Source: an uncultured Nitrososphaeraceae archaeon (GTDB lineage Archaea; Thermoproteota; Nitrososphaeria; Nitrososphaerales; Nitrososphaeraceae). From it: 64,000 bases of DNA. This document shows, in pieces, positions 44,362-57,600 of this stretch. Within the stretch, counting starts at the first letter, position 1. Every line of letters begins with the position of its first letter. The translations under genes and the position numbers were made by a program. Location: assembly GCA_963825865.1 (NCBI GenBank), contig CAWGVG010000003.1, forward strand, positions 160,001 to 224,000, in the 5' to 3' direction. Under the pieces are notes generated by a model. It was not told the DNA's origin. It saw only the letters and a list, made by a program, of their open reading frames with translations, and ran no database searches.

Positions 44362-46055
44362 ATGTTAGTTTATTTTGGGCCTCTCAGCGATGTCCTAGTT
44401 AGAACTATCCAAGGGTCTAACCCGAGGTTTACGATAGGAGTCTTTGGTGACTGGGGTACTGGAAAAACAACATTGATGAGGCTTATTCAGAAACAACTTC
44501 AGGAAAAAAATGATGAAACAAAAATGGTAACCGTATGGTTCAATGCCTGGAGATACGAACGAGAAGAGCAATTTGCAGTTATACCTCTTCTCAAGACTAT
44601 TGCATACGCTATTCCTGATAATGTAGGAGAATTAAAGGGCCTCAAACAAAAAATCAAGAGGGCTGGGATGAATGTTTTAAAAGGACTTCCAGACGTTATC
44701 CCTTCGCTTGTTAAGCAATATTTCGGTGAAGTGGGAGAAAAGGTTACAGAGGATGCGGTCAATAAATTTAAAGCAGAATTCATCCCAAAATTCGAACTTC
44801 TAACAGAAGTAGATAGAGAGACAATCTATTATGATGGTTTAGAACTGATTAGCAATGAGTTATCTAAAATTAGGACCAAACCCGGGTACAGAAACGTTTA
44901 GGATTGTAATATTCATTGATGACCTAGATAGATGCTCTCCTAAAAGAGCATTAGAGGTATTTGAGTCTGTAAAAGTCTTTCTAGATGTGGAGGGTTTTAT
45001 TTTCGTTATGGGTCTTAGTCTTACCACTATGGCCAAATTAGTTGAAAAGGAGTACGAGGGTACGGATATCAAAGGGCGAGATTATATACGTAAAATTATC
45101 CAAACTCCTATTTTTCTGCCAGCATGGAAAGTCGGTGATACTATCAGCGTTATTAAGGATCTGATTGATGGAAATCGATTGGGTGGAGCATATGCGAATT
45201 TTATTGCTGAAAGAAAAGATATTCTAGCAACCATTATTGAACCCAATCCAAGAGAAATAAAGCGGTTTATTAATGACTTTCTGATAACGTCTGAATTGTC
45301 TGAATTATCTGAACCTAAATTAGATAAGGAAGCACTTATCCTTATTCGAGCACTTCAATTCAGATGGGATGTTTTTTATGAAAAGTTTATGTCTGATGGG
45401 AATTTCAGGTCGGCTATAATTGCCGTTTCTTCTCTACATGTGAATTTAGAGTATTTGAACAATTACTTGAACGAAGAGGACTTTGGACGGAGAGGGATGA
45501 TGATGAGTATAATGTTATATCCAACAAGGAGAACCTTGAATATCGGGCAAACGGAAGAGGAACTAAAAGAGAAGATGGAGGCAAACCGGCGAGATATCGA
45601 ATCCGCTAAGAGAATGTGGAAGGACCAGGAGAAGTCAAGGAAGGAAAAAGAGCGTGACATACAGTACATACCATTAGGTAGCGCGAAAACGCTAGATGAA
45701 GTAAGAGAGGAGAGAAATGAAGCAAGAGATCAGACGGAGAAATTTCTGAGAGATGACAGCGAACGCATAAAGAAATTGGAAGAAGAGTACGGTGAAATGC
45801 AACGGAGGGCCTCAGAAGAAGAAAGTGCTCTCAGAATCGAATACGGAGAGTTGGAATAGTATTAGTACGGCGCTGAAAGACAATATAGATATACTCGACG
45901 CGTATAAAGCCGAGGTTAATGAGATAGAGTCTCGGTTATGGGAAGTTTTAGTCCAGAGTAGCAAAAACTTTTCTACGATAACGAATTGGGATGATTACAG
46001 ACGTGTAATGGGGATAGCCAGTCATAAAAAGATAGATGTGATTACTCAAAAATGA
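44362..46055 (+). CDS. KAP-family P-loop NTPase with a coiled-coil C-terminus (frameshifts)
   Basis: GDWGTGKT, WFNAWRYE, IFIDDLDRC, YIRKIIQ, NPREIKRFIN. Confidence 0.88.
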
Positions 46056-46273
46056 GGCTGACTAGGCTACTACTCTTTTAATATTCGCGCTCACTCATCT
46101 CGTCTCATCTTATCGATAATATAGAGCATTCTTATGAGTCATTTAATTATTTATTTTTTCTAATTAATGCTAAATATTAAACCTCCTGGATACTGCTGTA
46201 GGATTTCCTATTATACCCTCAGCGTGCGGATTACCAGTTTCAGTGCTACCTTTGATTATTTATTAGAGAAAGT

Positions 46274-47790
46274 TTGCTCAAAAACTATGTAATTTATGAA
46301 GTTGATAATAACAAGAAAATCAAGAAATTGGCAAAGCATCAACAGTACAGAGTAGTTACAAAAGCAGTTGAAAGACTAAATCTAGAAGAGGAAGAAAATA
46401 TTGCAGACAAAGGTGGCGTAATATGGCATACACAAGGATCAGGTAAATCGCTTTCTATGCTCTGGCTTGCAACTCAATTAATGTATAGGTTTGGAAATCC
46501 ACCCATTGTAATAGTTACTGATAGAACACAATTAGACGAACAAATCCATGGAACTTTCAAGGCTTGTGGATTTCCAGATCCTATACCAGCTAGAAGTAGG
46601 AAGCATCTTCAATCCTTGCTTAGCAATCCCAGAGGCAAAACTATAATGACTACTATTCAGAAATTTGGCTCTAAAGAAAACCACATTCATACAGATGAGA
46701 AAGTTATTGCTCTTGTAGATGAAGCGCACAGAACACAGTACAAATTCAATGCAGAAGCCATGAGATCAGCCATGCCAAATGCAGTATTCTTTGCATTTAG
46801 TGGAACTCCAATAGACAAGAAAAACAAAAGCACCTACAACGTTTTTGGCCCTCTGCTTGATAAATATTCCTTTGAAGAATCAAAAAATGATGGTGCCACA
46901 TTAAAGATTATGTATGAAGACAGGATGCCAGATCTTTATGTGGAAGGAGCAGATAGCATAGACCATATCTTTGAACGTGTTTTTTCAGACCTTGATCAAG
47001 ATACTAAACACAGACTCAAAAAAGAGTATGTGACAAAAGAGAAAATATCAGAAGCCCCTGCAAGAATCAGAAAGATTTGCCTTGATTTAGTAAATCATTA
47101 TAGCTTCACATATTCAACCCAATGGGTACAAGGCAATGGTAGTTGCAACTTCAAGGGAAGCTGCTGTTACTTACAAAAGGGAATTGGACAAGCTCAATGC
47201 ACCCAGATCCAAGATTATTATGACATCCCATCTGGGTGAAAAAGGTAAAGATGGAAGCAGCTGGGATGAATATTACCTTACTTCTGAGCAACGTGAAGAG
47301 GAAGCTGATAGGTTCAAAGATCCAAATGATGCAACTAAAATTCTAATAGTAGTTGATATGCTTCTTGTAGGCTATGATGTTCCAATAGTCCAGGTCATGT
47401 ATTTAGATAAAGGGTTAAGGGAGCATACTTTACTTCAAGCAATAGCCAGAGTAAACAGATTATATGATGTACGAAAAACATATGGATTGATAGTTGATTA
47501 TTGTGGAATAACAAAAGATCTACAAAAAGCACTTGCCATATTTGAAGAAGAAGATATCAAAGGAGCGTTAGAGCCAGCAGAGAAAGAGCTGGAAGAGTTG
47601 AAGAACAGACACCAAGAAGTAATGTCATTTTTCACAGATATTGACAAAGAAATGATGATGCAATAATTGAAAAGTTTGAACCTGTAAACGTCAGAGATGA
47701 CTTTGAATATGCATTTAAGATGTTTTCAAAAGCACTAGATATTATCCTTCCAAGAAAGGAAGCAGATCCATATATTCCCTGTATAAGAAA
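46274..47790 (+). pseudogene. hsdR: Type I restriction enzyme R subunit, helicase part only
   Basis: HQQY, IWHTQGSGKS, TTIQKF, DEAHR, FSGTP, IVVDMLLVGYD, LLQAIARVNR; nuclease N-terminus and C-terminus absent. Confidence 0.9.
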
Positions 47791-48170
47791 TCTTCGAATT
47801 TGTGCTTTGGACATTTCTGTCATTATTATTATTATTATTATTATTATTTATCTTGCCTGTTGTAATAGTATGGAGATAGAAGATAAAATTCTAAAAAGTT
47901 TGCTACGCCACTATCATTCACATATTCTCTATCTTATTGCTACCTGTACCAACGTATCATAGGCTAGTTTTACATATCAGCAGCCGACAGCTAACGGCTT
48001 CTAGTGTCGCCTGTCAAGTTAACAGAACCATTTAGATAACTTAATTTATTAAAAAGACCAGCAGGAGATGTGTGGCATCGATTAAGAACGATAATAATAA
48101 TAATTAGCATATTTGTCCTCACTCAGACTCTAGCAGCGAGTGGTCATCAGCAGAATATGCTTTAGAATAC

Positions 48171-48803
48171 TTGGAAATTGCAGAGAAAATTCCACACAAG
48201 AATGAAGGAGAAAAAGTTCTTCTTGAATATATTCCAGCAGATACAAAAAGAATACTTGATTTAGGAACAGGAGATGGTAGACTAATCAAACTAATAAAGT
48301 CGAAGAAACAACAGCAATTGTCCGCTTCCTCATCCACATCGTTGTCGTCATTAACCCCAGAAATTACAGTAGTTGATGTTTCACCTACCATGCTTGAAAA
48401 GGTAAGAATGTATTTTAAAAATGATAATAATGTAAGAATAATAGAACATGATCTTTCATATCCCATTTCTAATACTAAAATAGAAAGACAATTTGATGCC
48501 ATAATTTCTGGACTTGCAATACATCATCTGACTCATGAGCGCAAATATTCGCTTTACAAGGAGGTTTATGACTTATTGAAGCCTGGAGGAGTATTTTGTA
48601 ATTTAGACCATGTTGCTTCGCCGACGCCAAGCCTCCATAAACAATTCTTGGCAAAAACAGTATGCAAAAAAGAAGATAAGTCCAATAAATTATTAGACAT
48701 GCAAACGCAGCTCAAATGGTTGCAGGAAATTGGATTTATTGATGTAGATTGTTATTGGAAGTGGCTTGAACTGGCACTTTTGGTAGGAGTTAAACCAATT
48801 TGA
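48171..48803 (+). CDS. Class I SAM-dependent methyltransferase
   Basis: ILDLGTGDG, VDVSPTML, AIHHL, LKPGG, CYWKW. Confidence 0.88.
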   Translation: MEIAEKIPHKNEGEKVLLEYIPADTKRILDLGTGDGRLIKLIKSKKQQQLSASSSTSLSSLTPEITVVDVSPTMLEKVRMYFKNDNNVRIIEHDLSYPISNTKIERQFDAIISGLAIHHLTHERKYSLYKEVYDLLKPGGVFCNLDHVASPTPSLHKQFLAKTVCKKEDKSNKLLDMQTQLKWLQEIGFIDVDCYWKWLELALLVGVKPI

Positions 48804-48905
48804 GTTCATTACTAACTAGATGATCTCAGCCATCTTCTAACAAATCCTTTTTCTTTGAAAGTGTCAAAAGTACATATATCGAGGATGGATTTAATTCATC
48901 TTTGA

Positions 48906-49064
48906 CTATACTTCAGGGCATGTTAGTTCCTGCCAGCACTCCAAACAGTAATCACCATTAACTTGGAAGATCTCTGATAATCTGTCTTCACAACGGTTGC
49001 AGTAAGGAGCAGAAAAGTAGTAATTGTTACCGCTACTATTATTTTTGTTGTTATCTTTGTTCAT
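48906..49064 (-). CDS. Micro zinc-finger protein (52 aa)
   Basis: MNKDNNKNN..YCNRCEDRLSEIFQVNGDYCLECWQELTCPEV*. Confidence 0.6.
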   Translation of the reverse strand: MNKDNNKNNSSGNNYYFSAPYCNRCEDRLSEIFQVNGDYCLECWQELTCPEV

Positions 49065-50489
49065 TGCAATCATATATCGTATCTCAAAAGAAGGCTCAAA
49101 AGCGTTCCGTTGTGATGTATGTTGACCAATTGTAGTTAATGGTTGACCAACTTTTCTTTATTTCTCCTCTGCCAATTATTAATGACTATATTGCCAAACC
49201 CCAGAACAAAAATCAAGCATGGAAGATGACACGTCAGCAGTAGGCTACATAGCAACTATGTAGTAAATCTACTACCTACTTTTTAGGGAAAAGGTAAAGG
49301 TAGATCGAAAGGCGTTGTATCTTTTACAGGATGATGAGTATCTTTAGGTGTGCAGGCAATAATATCATCACTACTACATTTGTTGTGATCAGCAGCAACA
49401 ACAACAGCATTAGCAGTAGTAGTAGCATTTGCTTGTTGCGATAATACTACTGGAAATGTACCTGGCTTTAATGTAACAGTAGTAGTACCTGGAGATTGTC
49501 CACGAGGAAAAGAGCTTTGAGGCGATACATTACTGTCGCTTGCACTACTCGTAAAATCTTTTGCAAAAATAGTTCCAACAATGTCATTTATTACATGTGG
49601 TTGTAATATTGGCAGCGATACTTGAGTAGCAGATATAATTCCCTCTTGTGAACAGGTTGCATTGTTGTCTGGATGAGTACATATCAGGTTGTGTGGTTGT
49701 GGTGCAAATGATGATGTTGCTGCCTACTGCTAATGATCCTGTTGTAAAGATAAGAACAACTACTATTACTATTGCTGCGAGAGCTCTTATAGTAGTCGCG
49801 TTGTTCATATATCATCAAACAATATATCTGTATATTTGACTTGGGTAAGTTAATTTTGACTTATCTAGTATATTTATATAGAATATCAAATCAATTGAAA
49901 TTATTCATTTAACTAATAATACTATAATATGACAATGTGTTATTACTAAATAATAGAGTGTGAAGAATATGATTTGAGAAATTAATATTCTATATGAATG
50001 TGCGATTCTATCTAGTAATTGTACCTTTTAATTAGATAGACATATTGTTCTAATACATAGAGAGAAAAGTTAAGCAATATATCCTATACATCTTTTTTTA
50101 AATTTGTTTATTGTATTGTACTTTTTATAAAAAATAAATGAGAAAGGCTTCTTATTCCTTCTCTTAAGCCATTTTGATTAATAGTTTAAAGTGATCCTGC
50201 CTACGATCCACTATTAACCAGTGCCGGGCCGCTGCCGCTACCGCCGTGGTTGCCTGTTGTATCGGTCGCGATATTTTGAACAATAAAAAAGCAGTAGTAT
50301 TGGCAGCAGTTATACACTGTTTTAGAGGCCTTGAGAAATCGTCATGACAAACAACAGCTGCTAATTTATGACTCTTTCTATCCACTAAATAATAAAGGCG
50401 CTGCAGATATATTGGCCAAAATGATGTCTTCATCATCATAAGCGAACCCAGAAAATTATCTTTCTATGTCATTCCATCATTCTTATCAA

Positions 50490-50926
50490 TAAACGTAAGA
50501 CATATTCTAATCGGATACGCTGGCAGAGTAAGCATGTTTGATATTTTTAGAAAATATATTGTAGGAGACGTAGTCATTAGACGTAGCAAAGACCCTTATA
50601 CTCCGGAAAATTTCATATCTGAATCATCCCAGTCGGTTAGGCGCTTCAATAAGCTAGTATGTGACCAAGATTCTTTCTTTGAAGTATTAGTAGCAAAACA
50701 TCAAGGAAAAAATTCAGAACTATATCATATCGATTTTAATGGTAAACCCAACTTAGTAAACTATAAGGCTATTGGTAGTGGTGAAGCGACAGCAAATAAT
50801 TCTTGCGCAGTGTTGCCACATAAGGAAATTAAAATGAAGGATTTCCTAAAACATGCTTATTTTGCCATTGAATTTATGAACCAAGAAACAACAAACAAGA
50901 TAGTATCGTCGAATGAGTGCGTATAG
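50490..50926 (+). pseudogene. Proteasome-subunit/Ntn-hydrolase-like fragment
   Basis: HILIGYAGR upstream in frame, LYHID, YKAIGSG; N-terminal catalytic Thr region missing. Confidence 0.5.
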
Positions 50927-50995
50927 CTGTAATCTCTCAATTACGCAAAAGATCTATTGAATATGGTTTCTTGATAGTTTGTTTATTATTGCTAC

Positions 50996-51226
50996 TTAAC
51001 TAGTGCGTCGAGTATTTCTATATTCTCTATTGTCATAGGTTTTTCTTGATGAAGGCGGACTGTCATTCTCATGCCCCGGGTGTGATCTTATATGGTACCA
51101 ATATCTTGAATTTTCAATTGCATTTTTGCAAATAGGGCAGTTTCCATAACCACATTTATGATATCCTATAAAGTTTGGATGAATTGTTAGACCGCATTCA
51201 CTACATTTGTTATGGTTATATTTCAA
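50996..51226 (-). CDS. Zinc-finger protein
   Basis: CSECG..H.C and CPICK..HIRSH motifs. Confidence 0.55.
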   Translation of the reverse strand: MKYNHNKCSECGLTIHPNFIGYHKCGYGNCPICKNAIENSRYWYHIRSHPGHENDSPPSSRKTYDNREYRNTRRTS

Positions 51227-51252
51227 AAGGTGTTCAGTATTGATTACACTAT

Positions 51253-51289
51253 GTGCAATTAGAACGTATTAGTCAAGTGCAATTAGAAC
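51253..51289. repeat. 13-bp direct repeat GTGCAATTAGAAC x2 (24-bp period)
   Basis: Copies at 51253-51265 and 51277-51289. Confidence 0.8.
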
Positions 51290-51445
51290 ATAAGTGATAG
51301 GTACAGACATTATTCGCAGTAGTGTAGATACTTACTTCATCTTGTTTCCTATTGCCCCATTGATTATAGATAGAAGAGGTATCTAAAGGGGTTTTTCTAT
51401 ATATATCTATTATAATTTTATATTATATTGCAACTCTAATATATT

Positions 51446-52523
51446 GTGCAACGCAGCGAAATAACAGGTAAGGAAGCTGAACTATATATTAAACTTCCAA
51501 ATGGCAGGATGAAATGTACCTGCCTGCGCTAGGCTATGTGAAATTCCAGAAGGCAAAACAGGATTGTGCGGTATTAGAGGAGTCACAAATAACAAATTAT
51601 ATTTATACGTATATGGTAGAGTTATTGCAGGTCATATAGACCCGATAGAGAAAAAGCCTGTGACACATTACAGACCAGGTACAGCGATTTATTCTATAGC
51701 CACAACAGGATGCAATTGGCTATGTAAATATTGTCAGAATTATGATATTTCTCAAAGGCGTAAAGTAGAAGGTGTTGAAATGACTCCTGCAAGAAGTCAT
51801 TCAGAATGCTGAACGTTATGGTACGCATGGTATTGCCTATACGTATAATGAACCTTCTATCTTCATTGAATTTGCAGAAGATTGTGGAATTGAGGCCCAT
51901 AAAAAAGGTATTTTTAACATTTTTGTTTCAAATGGCTACGACACTCCTGAATCTGTCAATATGATGAGCAAATTCTTGGATTGCATAACAGTAGACTTCA
52001 AGGGAAGTGGCAAGCAGGAGTTTGTAAGACAGTACATAGGAATTCCAAGTGCTGAACCAATTTTCCAGACTTTAAAAGCAATTAAGGACAAGACAAAGAT
52101 TCACACCGAAATTACAGATCTTATTGTTCCCCAGGTTGGTGATGACTTAGGAAGCTGCCAAGAAGATTGTGTAGATTTATTTATAATGAACTTGGACCTG
52201 ATACTCCAATTCACTTTTTGAGGTTCCATCCAGATTACAAAATGATGGAGTTTGGTATGACGCCAGTTGAAACATTGGAGAAGCATCATGCTATTGCAAA
52301 AGAGGAAGGTTTGAAGTATGCATATCTAGGAAATGTTCCAGGTCATCCATTAGAACACACTTACTGTCCTGAATGCAAAAGCATTGCTATAGAACGTCAT
52401 GGATATAACATAGGTTCATGGAATCTTGATAATAATAACTGTTGTAAAAAATGTGGTTATCCTCTTCCTATAATAGGAAAGCTAAATAGAAGCAGAAAGA
52501 ATTTGTTTCAAATCATTCAGTAA
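51446..52523 (+). CDS. amrS: AmmeMemoRadiSam radical SAM enzyme (PFL-activase-like), frameshifted
   Basis: [53 protein letters not shown]. Confidence 0.9.
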
Positions 52524-53609
52524 TAATTCTAGATTATTATAATCTGTCGAGACATTACTTCAAAAACATAACTCTTTCAAAAAGATACTAGATTAGGTGT
52601 TACTGAGTTTTTCTTAGATTTATGGCTTGGCTAATGTCTTTCCTCAATAACGAATATTGTAATGATCGAGTGTGTATTATAACAAGGCCTAATCACAATA
52701 TTGCTATCAAACCCATAATTTAATGAGAATAACCAAAAAATATGTGTCTGTGTCTATGCGGTCAAACTACTTTCAACATATGGTGGCAAATAGGCATATG
52801 ACGGGGAGTGATCCTCCAAATTTATAGGTGTTGCACTAAAGATATTAAATGCTCAATATACATCTTATAGCCTAAAGCATTTGTCAAATCTTCATCTATT
52901 ATCAACAATTCCATTTTATCAATAGCTTCTTTCAAAATATCTGAATGTATCAGGCGATTTTGCTTCCTGAGTTTATCTAAATTATTATTCATTTCCTTTT
53001 GTAATTCTGGAACTTCTAGCTTTTGTTTTAAATTTTTAAATCGCCTTAACTGTTCATTTATAGGATCGTTAGTAGACAACAGGAATCATAGATCCTAATA
53101 TAGGTAAAAGCCTTGTTGCACTTATTATAACAAATAAAGTACTTTCGCAGCTAAAGAAGAAGTATTGTTATTTCTTCCTACAATGAATGCCCAAAGCTTG
53201 AAACCGATAGATCTTCCTGAAACTTTTCCAACAAGACTATAATGATGCTTCTCAAATGATTTCTCATTTAGCTCTTCATATCTTCTCTTTTTCCCAATAG
53301 GAGGCATGATTCTGTCATGATAACAAATAGACCTAGAAGTGGCGGCAGACCACCAGAAGTGTCGGAAAAGAAATTCTATTTACGGAATTGGGTGCAATTC
53401 TATTTTTCAAATGAATCGCGTAAACAAGTAAATGAAATAAAACAGATTTTAAACAAGTTAAGCCAAAATGAAAATGAACAAACCATTGCCATTTTTAGAT
53501 GAAAAGATATGGGTTTTAGATCTATGTTTGGTTATTAAATTCTGACCTTGGTTTACTAGATATGCCAAGAATTTATCGTAAAGTAAATCTGCCGGTACTT
53601 TGGAATTGC

Positions 53610-53757
53610 CGGGTATAGCATTTTGTTCTTTGGATATTTCAATTACCTTATGTGCTGTTACAAAAAGAAATTCTGCATCCTTATCAATGAAATTTTTTAT
53701 AAGCCAAGGACAGGCTATTCTGTCAACTTTTGCATGTTCTCTTGTTATCCATTTCAT
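53610..53757 (-). pseudogene. Chromate resistance ChrB-like N-terminal fragment
   Basis: MKWITREHAKVDRIACPWLIKNFIDKDAEFLFV. Confidence 0.8.
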
Positions 53758-53932
53758 GATATTGCACTGCTTTTGAAATTATAAATGTTCGAATGACTGT
53801 AGTTTTGCACTTAAAATATTGTGTATAAAATTTATTATAATCAAGAATAATATGGATAGCCAATTTTGACATAATCTTTGGGCGCGAAACAAAAGTAATA
53901 ATTTGCATTTTTTGTTACTGCCCATTCACTTA

Positions 53933-54225
53933 CTAGATTTGTTTAGTTAATGGTAGACTAAATGCAAATGTTGCTCCTTTACCATCGGTATTGTTCTCAC
54001 CCCACATCTTGCCCCCATGAGCTTCCACGATACTTTTCGAGATAAACAAACCTAAGCCGGTACCTGCAACTGATTTTGATACAAACTTTGTAAACAATCT
54101 AGGAAATATTTCAGGATCTATTCCTGTGCCCGTATCCTTCACGCTAACTATGGCATCCTTGTAATCCATCTTTTCTGCCGCTGCTGCTGCCAATAGTTAT
54201 AGTACCTTCTTTTGTAAATTGGATG
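53933..54225 (-). pseudogene. Sensor histidine kinase HATPase_c fragment
   Basis: KDTGTGID, LFTKF, GTGLGLFISKSIVEAHGG, GATFAFSLP. Confidence 0.85.
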
Positions 54226-54629
54226 GCTCAAATATTGCTACATAAGATAAAACTCCTGCTCTGCTATTAGAGTATGAGGTCCAAGACCGGACCAACAACA
54301 AAAGTCATCACCGGATTATAATACTGAAGCTAATGCAGATATCATAATAGGTGAAGCTGAAAGCTTTTCTATAAACTAATAAAAGATAGTATAAACAATA
54401 TTCCTATCGAATATCCTTTTAGGAAACCATCATCGTTGAGGTATAAAGAGCACAGATAGCAGGTTTTCATTTTATGACCAATGCAAAACAGGATTCAACA
54501 ACTTCGGGAAAAAGGCAGAAACCGTGACTTTTAGTATAGGATAGTTTCGTTTCTACCGTTGAGATTTAGTTATATCTATTGAGAGCATTCTATTTTTAAG
54601 AACCGTATCTTTGATCTTGAAAAATCTCT

Positions 54630-57600
54630 TCATAATTCTCTTGCTTCTATAAAGGTAAAGTCTCCTCTCTCTTCATCTGAGTATATCTCAAAACCTTGCT
54701 CTTTTACTATTTGATGAAGATTATACAATCTTCCTTTGATTAAAGACTTTGTTGTTTCTGCAATCATCAAGATGCCATTAGTTACAAGACATCTCTTTGC
54801 TTCTGCGATATACTCCTGCCAATTCTTACCCATTAGCGATAGTGAAAAGATTGCAACATCTAATGCTTCATCAGCTAACGGTACTTTTTTCATATCACAT
54901 GCTACGACTTTATCATTTATAGCAACATGGTCAAAGCTATGACACTCTTTGTGATCCGATTGCCTCCATGATTTTTGCTTCTCCCAGCCAAAGTCTCCAA
55001 TATGCAGTCTCGGGGATAGCCGTTTTATTCTTTTGATAATTTCTTCATATGGAATAACACTCCAAGTCTTGCGTGCTTCTCTATACTGTCTGTGATATTC
55101 TTCCCACTCTTTTGGGTCTTCCAGCATTCTTTCATGGGTGGTTTCAGAATTTTCATTATTAATTTGGTTGTTTAATCCTGTAAAGTCACCGTATTTTCTT
55201 ATTCTTTGTTCTATCTCAACAGGTGTTAATTTTACCTCAAGATCTCTTCTATTAATACTTGATATTTCTCCTCTCTCTAATCTTTCCAACCATTTTGCTG
55301 CTTCCATCATAGCTTGCTGTGGAGTTACCATGTTCTTATTGGGTAGTCGACCATCTACTGCACAGTCTGCCAATGTACGTTTGTATTGAATTCTTTTCCA
55401 TTTGTTATCATCATATTTTAATCCATTGATATTTGCTTTGATGATGTAAACATTTACATAGTCCATCTCACTGCCTTTTCTAACCAATCTACCAACAAGT
55501 CTGCTGATATTGTGCATTAGTCCATGGAAGAGTATTTATGATTAAATTATTGCAGATGTGCTGCAGCCCATCTACACCAGTGGATATAGGGCGGGAAGCA
55601 ATCAATACTTGGACTTTTTTATCCAAAAATCTTTTTAATCCTGAGTGATCTTCACCCGTATATTTTGCATAAGTGTACCCAGCATCTTCTACTGCTTTTG
55701 ATAATTTTTCAACTATGTCTGTAACATATTCTGTGTAAATTATAGTCGTACCTTGTATATGTTTTATTATTTCAGGTATTTTCGCATCTGATGCTAACCG
55801 TTCAACTGTGAGTGGATTTCTTATTAATTCCTTTGCGCTAATATTACTTTTTCTTATATCTATTTCGACGTCTATATGTTCTGTGTATACGCTAATAGGA
55901 TATGGCGGTATTTCTCTGATTGATATCAAAGATAATTTTTCATATAATTTGACAGCATTTTGTGGAGTTGGTCTGGTTGATATATCATCATATATTTTAC
56001 CTGTTATCAACTGTAGCAAAGATTTACCCTCTTCTAATTCATTTATTACTGGTGTCGCTGATAGTCCAAGGACATTTACATAGCTGTTTTTCTTACTAAC
56101 ATCAGTCATCAATCCTTCAATGTTATGTCGTCTTTTACTTTCTTCCTTTTCATTTCTTTTCTTTGTGAAATGTATTTCATCCAGTACAACAAAGTCGATT
56201 TTTTGTTTCACCAGATTTAAGATAAGATTTGGGGAATATGGCTGACTGAATAGATCATAGTTTAAGACCAGATATTTGTGTTTATTTTTATCATATTTCT
56301 CATAGAACGCTTCATTTCTTGTTATAACGACGGAATCATGAAATATCTCCAGGATATTATTTTCCCATTGGTCTACTACATCATTTGGACATATTATGAG
56401 AGTCATTTTACTGTCAATCACACGACTTGCCAGCACAGCTGAAAGTGTTTTTCCTGCTCCAGTTCCAGAGAAATTACCGAAACGCCTATTTGTTTTGATT
56501 TTATATGCTACATATCGCTGCATCAGTGTTGGTGATAGAATCTCCTTATCTTTATCTCTGAATGTATAGCCTTTTGGAATTTCAATACTCTGTGCTCCTT
56601 CATAATCTGAAAGAAATGTTTCCAATATTATGTCATGATATTTGTTACCATCTTTGCCTTCACGCCTTACATCTGAAATAGTATTTTCTTTATCTCTAAA
56701 TGCACTTGCCCATAAATCCTTTATTGATTTATTAACATAAAACTGCATGGACTCTATATCTTCAGTATATGATTCTAACCTATCAGATTGGGCAAAGATT
56801 TGCTGTGGTGTCTTGATTTTACCATAATCTAGTGGATCTGTTTCCTTTCCTACCAAATCAGCAATCTCTTGAGAAGATGCAGTTCCTATTTCTTCCTCTT
56901 CTGATAAATCTGGTGGAATTTCTAAATCAGAATTTACATATTCCTCTATAGTCTTACGCCCTTCAGCTGTACGTCTTGCCTCAATCAAGTTTTTGAAGAA
57001 TTGTGTGTGACGGCTCTGTAGATTCAACAGTCCCTTTGTACTTAATAAGTGGTATAGAACAATTTCATCTTCCTCATAAAGCATTCCACTTTCAATCCAA
57101 TCCTTTAACAATTCCTTTACTCTTCTTATTGACCAATCTGTTTCTTCATATCCAAGAAAATCATACCAACCTTTCCATACTTCTTCATATATTATATTAG
57201 CATTTGTTGGTATATAATCAGGCTTTTCTCCAGATCTGCACCACTTTCTCCATTCCTGCCAACTTTTCAATCCAAGTGAATGAACAAATTTTTTAGCTTC
57301 TAGAAATGACCAGTATTTTCTATCCTGTGTAGCTATAGTGCCTGTACCAAGCCAATCTCCCCAACCTTTCCATTCTTTTTTATATACTCGATTAGGACTG
57401 TATGGTATATAATCAGGCTTTTCTCCAGATCTGGACCACTTATTGTATTCTTTCGTATTCTTAAAGCCAAGTGAATGAACAAATTTTTTAGCTTCTAGAA
57501 ATGACCAGTATTTTCTATCCTGTGTAGCTATAGTGCCTGTACCAAACCAATCTCCCCAACTTATCCATTCTTTCTTGTAAGTTCTTTCTGGATGAGGTGG

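Noticed and set aside
47821-47850. (ATT)n microsatellite as a phase-variation switch
   Set aside because: Trinucleotide AAT/ATT tracts occur throughout the window (poly-Asn inserts, intergenic DNA) and do not shift frames.
53317-53502. IS630-like transposase (RPRSGGRPPEVS)
   Set aside because: Only a ~12-aa resemblance, with no DDE domain or TIRs; too weak to call.
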